A DNA stretch of 64,000 nt from NCBI GenBank assembly GCA_964016885.1, contig OZ024741.1, forward strand, positions 36,828,001 to 36,892,000, in the 5' to 3' direction. The DNA is from Eledone cirrhosa (taxonomy: Eukaryota). Positions within the stretch are counted from its first letter, which is position 1. Each line of letters opens with the position of its first letter. Positions 55,901 to 64,000 of the stretch are shown here, in pieces. A program made the position numbers and the translations under genes. Under the pieces are notes generated by a model. It was not told where the DNA came from. It did no database searches and worked only from the letters and a program-made list of their open reading frames with translations.

Positions 55901-58900
55901 GATTTCGTCACATAGGGTGGGTCAATTTGAAATATTTTTTTTTCCGATGTCTTCGCTAGGGCTCAATGTACAAGTATAGCAATTTCGGTGCAATTCCGTG
56001 AGAGATTCTAAGAGGAGATGTGTGCCAAAAATCGATAGACAGACAGACAACCACAGTTTTATATATATAGATTACTAGCAGTAAAGCCCGGCGTTGCTCG
56101 GGGTCGCTCAGTAGCTGTGTTAAAGTTACAATGTTAAGTTTCTTTCTTGGCTTAAAAACTGTAGTGTCTACTGTGCAGACTTGCATGTGGTGTTTTTGAT
56201 TAATATTCCCTCAACCAACAATATGCCTTATGAAGTTAAGAAAACATAACGATAACCCGAATGTTATAACAAAAGAGGATGCTGGGGATAAAAACTGCAC
56301 TGGTTATTTATTAACAAAGATCGAAAATGTAAACACTGCAACGCAGAGAAAAACATTAGCGTAACCAAATTATCAGTTATGTCTGTCTGCACGCCTATAT
56401 CACCTCTCTGCACGACTATCTGTCTGCACGCCTATATCACCTCTCTGCACGACTGTCTGTCTGCACGCCTATATCACCTCTCTGCACGACTATCTGTCTG
56501 CACGCGTATATCACCCCTCTGCACGACTGTCTGTCTGCACGACTGTCTGTCTGCACGCCTAACGACGAAATATTTGCTTGTTTTACGTAGTCTTTAAATA
56601 GACTTGTTTTCAAGTAAAAATATTGTTTTAAAATGCTTTTAAATGGAAATGAAGCAAAACGGAAGTTTAGTGTTCGAACTGATGAATTTTGCAGGTATGC
56701 CTTATGAAGTTAAGAAAACATAACGATAACCCGAATGTTATAACAAAAGAGGATGCTGGGGATAGAAACTGCACTGGTTATTTATTAAAAAAGATCGAAA
56801 ATGTAAACACTGCAACGCAGAGAAAAACATTAGCGTAACCAAATTATCAGTTATGTCTGTCTGCACGCCTATATCACCTCTCTGCACGACTGTCTGTCTG
56901 CACGCCTATATCACCTCTCTGCACGACTATCTGTCTGCACGCCTATATCACCTCTCTGCACGACTATCTGTCTGCACGCGTATATCACCTCTCTGCACGA
57001 CTGTCTGTCTGCACGACTGTCTGTCTGCACGCCTAACGACGAAATATTTGCTTGTTTTACGTAGTCTTTAAATAGACTTGTTTTCAAGTAAAAATATTGT
57101 TTTAAAATGCTTTTAAATGTAAATGAAGCAAAACGGAAGCCTAGTGTTCGAACTGATGAATTTTGCAGGTCAATATTTTGCTGGCTCGACAACTGTTAAA
57201 GCCAGCGTAATTTTTTACGTAAGACTCTCAATGTAAACAGAACAAAGGGAAATAACTGATAACTTACGCTCAAAAATCGATACATTATATTCGATTTCGT
57301 CACATAGGGTGGGTCAATTTGAAATATTTTTTGCCGATGTCTTCGCTAGGGCTCAATGTACAAGTATAGCAATTTGGGTGCAATTCCGTGAGAGATTCTA
57401 AGAGGAGATGTGTGCCAAAAATCGATAGACAGACAGACAACCACAGTTTTATATATATAGATTACTAGTTATATTAGATATTAGTATAGTTATATTAGAT
57501 ATTAGAATAGTTATATTAGATATTAGAATACTTATATTAGATATTAGTACTAGTTATATTAGATATTAGTACTAGTTATATTAGATATTAGAATAGTTAT
57601 ATTAGATACTAGCAGTAAAGCCCGGCGTTGCTCGGGGTCGCTCAGTAGCTGTGTTAAAGTTACAATGTTAAGTTTCTTTCTTGGCTTAAAAACTGTAGTG
57701 TCTACTGTGCAGACTTGCATGTGGTGTTTTTGATTAATATTCCCTCAACCAACAATATGCCTTATGAAGTTAAGAAAACATAACGATAACCCGAATGTTA
57801 TAACAAAAGAGGATGCTGGGGATAGAAACTGCACTGGTTATTTATTAACAAAGATCGAAAATGTAAACACTGCAACGCAGAGAAAAACATTAGCGTAACC
57901 AAATTATCAGTTATGTCTGTCTGCACGCCTATATCACCTCTCTGCACGACTGTCTGTCTGCACGCCTATATCACCTCTCTGCACGACTATCTGTCTGCAC
58001 GCGTATATCACCTCTCTGAACGACTGTCTGTCTGCACGACTGTCTGTCTGCACGCCTAACGACGAAATATTTGCTTGTTTTACGTAGTCTTTAAATAGAC
58101 TTGTTTTCAAGTAAAAATATTGTTTTAAAATGCTTTTGTGTTAAAGTTACAATGTTAAGTTTCTTTCTTGGCTTAAAAACTGTAGTGTCTACTGTGCAGA
58201 CTTGCATGTGGTGTTTTTGATTAATATTCCCTCAACCAACAATATGCCTTATGAAGTTAAGAAAACATAACGATAACCCGAATGTTATAACAAAAGAGGA
58301 TGCTGGGGATAGAAACTGCACTGGTTATTTATTAACAAAGATCGAAAATGTAAACACTGCAACACAGAGAAAAACATTAGTGTAACCAAATTATTAGTTA
58401 TGTCTGTCTGCACGCCTATATCACCTCTCTGCACGACTGTCTGTCTGCACGCCTATATCACCTCTCTGCACGACTGTCTGTCTGCACGCCTATATCACCT
58501 CTCTGCACGACTATCTGTCTGCACGCCTATATCACCTCTCTGCACGACTATCTGTCTGCACGCGTATATCACCTCTCTGCACGACTGTCTGTCTGCACGC
58601 CTAACGACGAAATATTTGCTTGTTTTACGTAGTCTTTAAATAGACTTGTTTTCAAGTAAAAATATTGTTTTAAAATGCTTTTAAATGTAAATGAAGCAAA
58701 ACGGAAGCCTAGTGTTCGAACTGATGAATTTTGCAGGTCAATATTTTGCTGGCTCGACAACTGTTAAAGCCAGCGTAATTCTTTACGTAAGACGCTCAAT
58801 GTAAACAGAACAAAGGGAAATAACTGATAACTTACGCTCAAAAATCGATATATTATATTCGATTTCGTCACATAGGGTGGGTCAATTTGAAATTTTTTTT

Positions 58901-59030
58901 TTCCGATGTCTTCGCTAGGGCTCAATGTACAAGTATAGCAATTTCGGTGCAATTCCGTGAGAGATTCTAAGAGGAGATGTGTGCCAAAAATCGATAGACA
59001 GACAGACAACCACAGTTTTATATATATAGA
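46920..59030 (-). mobile_element. Head-to-tail array of 11 non-autonomous Helitron copies (about 0.5-1.4 kb each) with an internal 29-bp minisatellite, separated by satellite spacers
   Basis: On the minus strand each unit begins A|TCTATATATATAAA and ends CCCG-AGCAACGC-CGGG-N8-CTAG|T. Left edges at 46920, 47511, 48667, 49554, 50478, 51402, 52373, 53765, 54683, 56075, 57609. Confidence 0.9.
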
Positions 59031-61056
59031 TTAGAATAGTTATATTAGATATTAGAATAGTTATATTAGATATTAGAATAGTTATATTAAAATTTAGTAT
59101 AGTTATATGAGATATTAGAATATTTATATTAGATATTAGTACTAGTTATTAGATATTAGTACTAGTTATATTAGATATTAGTACTAGTTATATTAGATAT
59201 TAGTACTAGTTATATTAGATATTAGAATAGTTATATTAGATATTAGAATAGTTATATTAGATATTAGAATAGTTATATTAAATATTAGTATAGTTATGTG
59301 AGATATTAAAATAGTTATGTGAGATATTAGAAGGGTTATATTAGATATTAGTACTAGTTATATTAGATATTAGTACTAGTTATGTTAGATATTAGAATAG
59401 TTATATTAGATATTAGTACTAGTTATATTAGATATTAGTACTAGTTATATTAGATATTAGTATAGTTATATTAGATATTAGAATAGTTATATTAGATATT
59501 AGAATAGTTATATTAGATATTAGAATAGTTATATTAGATATTAGAATAGTTATATTAAATATTAGTATAGTTATGTGAGATATTAAAATAGTTATGTGAG
59601 ATATTAGAAGTGTTATATTAGATATTAGTACCAGTTATATTAGATATTAGTACTAGTTATATTAGATATTAGTACTAGTTATATTAGATATTAGAATAGT
59701 TATATTAGATATTAGTATAGTTATATTAAATATTAGTATAGTTATATTAGATATTAGTATAGTTATATGAGATACTAGAATAGTTATATGAGATATTAGA
59801 ATAGTTATATTAGATATTAGAATAGTTATATTAGATATTAGTAGTAGTTATTAGATATTAGAATAGTTATATTAGATATTAGAATAGTTATATGAGATAT
59901 TAGAATAGTTATCTTAGATATTAGTGCTAGTTATATTAGATATTAGTACTAGTTATATTAGATATTAGAATAGTTATATTAGATATTAGAATAGTTATAT
60001 TAGATATTAGTACTAGTTATATTAGATATTAGTACTAGTTATATTAGATATTAGTACTAGTTATATTAGATATTAGAATAGTTATATGAGATATTAGAAT
60101 ACTTATATTAGATATTAGTACTAGTTATGTTAGATATTAGTACTAGTTATATTAGATATTAGAATAGTTATATTAGATATTAGGATAGTTATATTAGATA
60201 TTAGAATAGTTATATGAGATATTAGAATAGTTATATTAGATATTAGTACTAGTTATGTTAGATATTAGTACTAGTTATATTAAATATTAGTACTAGTTAT
60301 ATTAGATATTAGTACTAGTTATATTAGATATTAGTATAGTTATATTAGATATTAGAATAGTTATATTAGATATTAGTATAGTTATATGAGATATTAGAAT
60401 AGTTATGTGAGATATTAGAATAGTTATATTAGATATTAGTACTAGTTATATTAGATATTAGTATAGTTATATTAGATATTAGTATAGTTATATTAGATAT
60501 TAGAATAGTTATATGAGATATTAGAATAGTTATATTAGATATTAGTACTAGTTATATTAGATATTAGTACTAGTTATATTAGATATTAGAATAGTTATAT
60601 GAGATATTAGAATAGTTATATTAGATATTAGTACTAGTTATGTTAGATATTAGTACTAGTTATATTAGATATTAGAATAGTTATATTAGATATTAGTATA
60701 GTTATATTAGATATTAGAATAGTTATATGAGATATTAGAATAGTTATATTAGATATTAGTACTAGTTATGTTAGATATTAGTACTAGTTATATTAGATAT
60801 TAGTACTAGTTATATTAGATATTAGAATAGTTATATTAGATATTAGGATAGTTATATTAGATATTAGAATAGTTATATTAGATATTAGAATAGTTATATT
60901 AAATATTAGTATAGTTATATGAGATATTAGAATAGTTATATTAGATATTAGTACTAGTTATATTAGATATTAGTACTAGTTATATTAGACATTAATACTA
61001 GTTATATTAGATATTAGTACTAGTTATATTAGATATTAGTATAGTTATATTAGATA
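59031..61056. repeat. 21/22-bp AT-rich satellite, right block
   Basis: Same unit; degenerate copies continue to about 61555. Confidence 0.97.
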
Positions 61057-61501
61057 CTAGCAGTGGTACCCGGCGTTGCACGGGATAAGGTATTTCGGAA
61101 CACGGCCCGCCAACAGACATAATCGTGGAAAAACTGCATGCCTGGACAATATGTAAAGAAAATAAACCGAATACTCTGATGGCTGGATAATCTTTAAGAT
61201 TTTCCTCAATGAAGCAGGAAAAATGCAGGTTTTCACCTAATGCGGACCCTAGGCCATAAAAAAGTTGGATTTTCTTTGCTCCCGGTATGAAGAAGACACT
61301 GACTAATACATAGTTACAATTTCAAGGAAATCAGTCTGACGTAACGCCTCAAAAAGCCCCTAAAAAGCTAAAAAAACGCAGTTTTTCACCTAATGTGGGC
61401 CCTAGGTGATCAAAAAGTTGAATCTTTTTATGTGCATAACACTCCCTGAAGCATAAGTACATACACACACACACAGACATCCTCAGTTTTATATATATAG
61501 A
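61057..61501 (-). mobile_element. Non-autonomous Helitron family 2, both ends present
   Basis: 5' TCTATATATATAAA; 3' CCCG-TGCAACGC-CGGG hairpin then CTAG; A/T target. Confidence 0.88.
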
Positions 61502-62038
61502 TAAGAATAGTTATATTAAATATTAGAATAGTTATTCTAAATACTAGAATAATTTAACAATGGGGATAATATTTTATTTCAAAACGCTCAAATATATTTC
61601 TAGGATAAAATTACTTTAAAATAATAAAGAGTTTAATATTTAGTGAAACAGAAAAAGAAATTAAGGGAAAGAACTATAAATGCTATGAGTGAGAGGAAAA
61701 GGAGGGAAAGAGCAAGGATTATTAGGCAACAAAAGAAAGGGGGAAGGGTTCGAGTGACAGACCTAAGTCAGAGCGGTGTTTCAGCTGTGCCCCACAGACA
61801 AAATTCACTCTGCACTGCATCACAAATATTCTGTTTTTAAAATTGATTTTAATTAAACATTAGGGTTTGTTTCTCCTCCTTTTATTCTTTTACTGGTTAC
61901 AGACATTATACTGTGGTCATGCTGGGGCACATACTGGGGCACTGCCTTAAAGGGATTTAGTTGATCATATTGACCCAGTATTCATTTTTTCAAATCTGGT
62001 ACTTTTATCTAACTGCTCAATTACAAGACACACACACA

Positions 62039-62125
<87 letters not shown>

Positions 62126-62149
62126 CTCACTTCTGTCCACACCATCCTT

Positions 62150-62450
62150 ACACTGTACAGTTATGTTGGTGTCACAAAAACACCCAGTCCACACTGTAAA
62201 GTGGTCGTGTAGGTGTCACGACAAAAAGTACCCAGACCACACTGTAAAGTGGTTGTGCCGGTGACACAACAAAAAGCACCCAGCAGACACTGTAAATGTG
62301 GTTGGCATTAGGAAGGGCATCTAGCCTTAGAAATCTAGCCAGAAACAGTCCTATATGAACAATACATGGTCACCTGACCCAACTTGCCTCAAATGGGACA
62401 ACCCGTCTAACGTGGAAAATGGACATCAAACAATGAGGATGATGATGATG
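62150..62450 (+). mobile_element. RTE-type 3' UTR fragment
   Basis: Repeat unit, ttaggaagggcatc motif and (GAT)n tail. Confidence 0.75.
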
Positions 62451-62857
62451 TTGATACACAATGGATTTCTGCAGTTTCTGTCTACAAAATTTCCCTCATA
62501 AGGCATTGATCAACCTGAGATTACAGTAGAAGACATTTCCCCAAGTTGCCAGACCATAGGAGTGAATCTAAAACCATGTGGTTGTGCAAAGCCGTACATA
62601 GATTAGTTTAACAACTGTCACCATACTGCCAACATCACATTTAATTTGTATTGAATTACTTACATAGTTTTTAAATTCATTTTAAATAGTTAAACTTTTG
62701 TAGTCCCTCCTTATTTCTTGGTCATGAACCTATATTTCTAATGAAAAACACGGTATTTCAATTAATTAATGAACATTTTAGAGGGATTTACTAAAACTAT
62801 TAATTATTTCATTATTAAAATAGTCATATAAATTATGTTGCACAATTTTAATATAAA

Positions 62858-63003
62858 CTAGCAGAATGGCCCGGCGCTGCTCGGGATTTGCTCTAGGGTT
62901 CTTATATATTTGATATATATTTATCCTTATTGAGCCTCGTGAAATAAATATGTTTGTTTATATTTTGTTATTGTGTATGCAAAAATATCTGTACACGAAT
63001 ATA

Positions 63004-63035
<32 letters not shown>

Positions 63036-63524
63036 CGATATTAATAAATGGAAACTATATTTATAAAACCATATTTATTTCATTATACATATTTCAGGGA
63101 TACCACATTAAATTATGGTATGCCTTCATCAGACAAAATACAATATATAACAGTTTTACAAATAGGTTTGACGTACCCTTTAAAATACAACCATTACTTT
63201 TGGAGGCTGTCTGGATAGTGATTTGTTCATATAATAAGTCATAGTGTTAAGCACAATTAGAAAAAGACGGAGAGAAAGAAAGTGAAAAGAACAAAGACAG
63301 AGAGAGAGAAAGAAAAGAGAAAGAAAACCTGGAGAAATATCGGAGAGAGAGAGAAAAGTATGGAGAAAAGAAAGAGATATCTCTCCGCTATTTCTCCATA
63401 TGGTTTTATAAATATAGTTTCCATTTATTAATATCGTATATCTACTCCAAAAATTTGTCGAGTGCTTTATATCAGTTATAAAAATATTTACTTGTTGTAT
63501 CCCAACAATTTTAAATAGAACTTT

Positions 63525-63568
<44 letters not shown>

Positions 63569-63919
63569 AAAGTTCTATTTAAAATTGTTGAGATACAACA
63601 AGTAAATATTTTTATAACTGATATAAAGCACTCGACAAATTTTTGGAGTAGATATACGATATTAATAAATGGAAACTATATTTATAAAACCATATGGAGA
63701 AATATCGGAGAGATATCTCTTTCTTTTCTCCATACTTTTCTCTCTCTCTCCGATATTTCTCCAGGTTTTCTTTCTCTTTTCTTTCTATATAAAAATATAT
63801 AAAAATAACAGATTAAAGTTTAAGCAAAGAATCGTGCTTTCATGCTTAACGGGATCTTCTGAAACTAAAAAAATCAATCTGTGAACGTAGAAGTAAATAT
63901 TTCGAAAAACGTTACACAC

Positions 63920-63951
<32 letters not shown>

Positions 63952-64000
63952 GAGCGTCATAATGTCGTAATGCAGACAGCCAAACATACAGACAGATATT
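62858..64000 (-). mobile_element. Probable non-autonomous Helitron family 3 (3' end at 62858; right-hand extent uncertain)
   Basis: a|ctagcagaatggcccggcgctgctcggga, the same hairpin-CTAG terminus. Confidence 0.6.
63307..63786. repeat. About 480-bp near-perfect palindrome centred on (TA)n
   Basis: Arms are reverse complements; two mismatches seen by eye. Confidence 0.93.

Noticed and set aside
46920-59030. CRISPR-like or tandem small-gene array (repeated 60-96 aa ORFs)
   Set aside because: Units are near-identical Helitron copies with no unique spacers, no cas genes and no coding signature

Overview
Eukaryotic, AT-rich, repeat-dense animal DNA; the SINE/LINE repertoire suggests an octopus or other cephalopod (inference). 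One host gene is present: the 3' part of a P5B-type ATPase (ATP13A3/ATP13A2-like polyamine-transporter family), 13 exons on the + strand from 537 to 36472. Its first intron here appears to be GC-AG. The introns hold RTE LINEs with a PHD-finger-like insert in the RT, tRNA-derived SINEs, a CR1 fragment, MITEs, Helitrons and minisatellites. They also hold a Penelope-like retroelement with inverted termini, plus several small fold-back remnants carrying minimal hammerhead-ribozyme motifs. Downstream (about 42-61.5 kb) is a 21/22-bp AT-rich satellite containing a young 5'-truncated L1-Tx1 LINE, a head-to-tail array of 11 non-autonomous Helitron copies and a second Helitron family at the same satellite phase. 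All calls were made by eye; no database searches were run.
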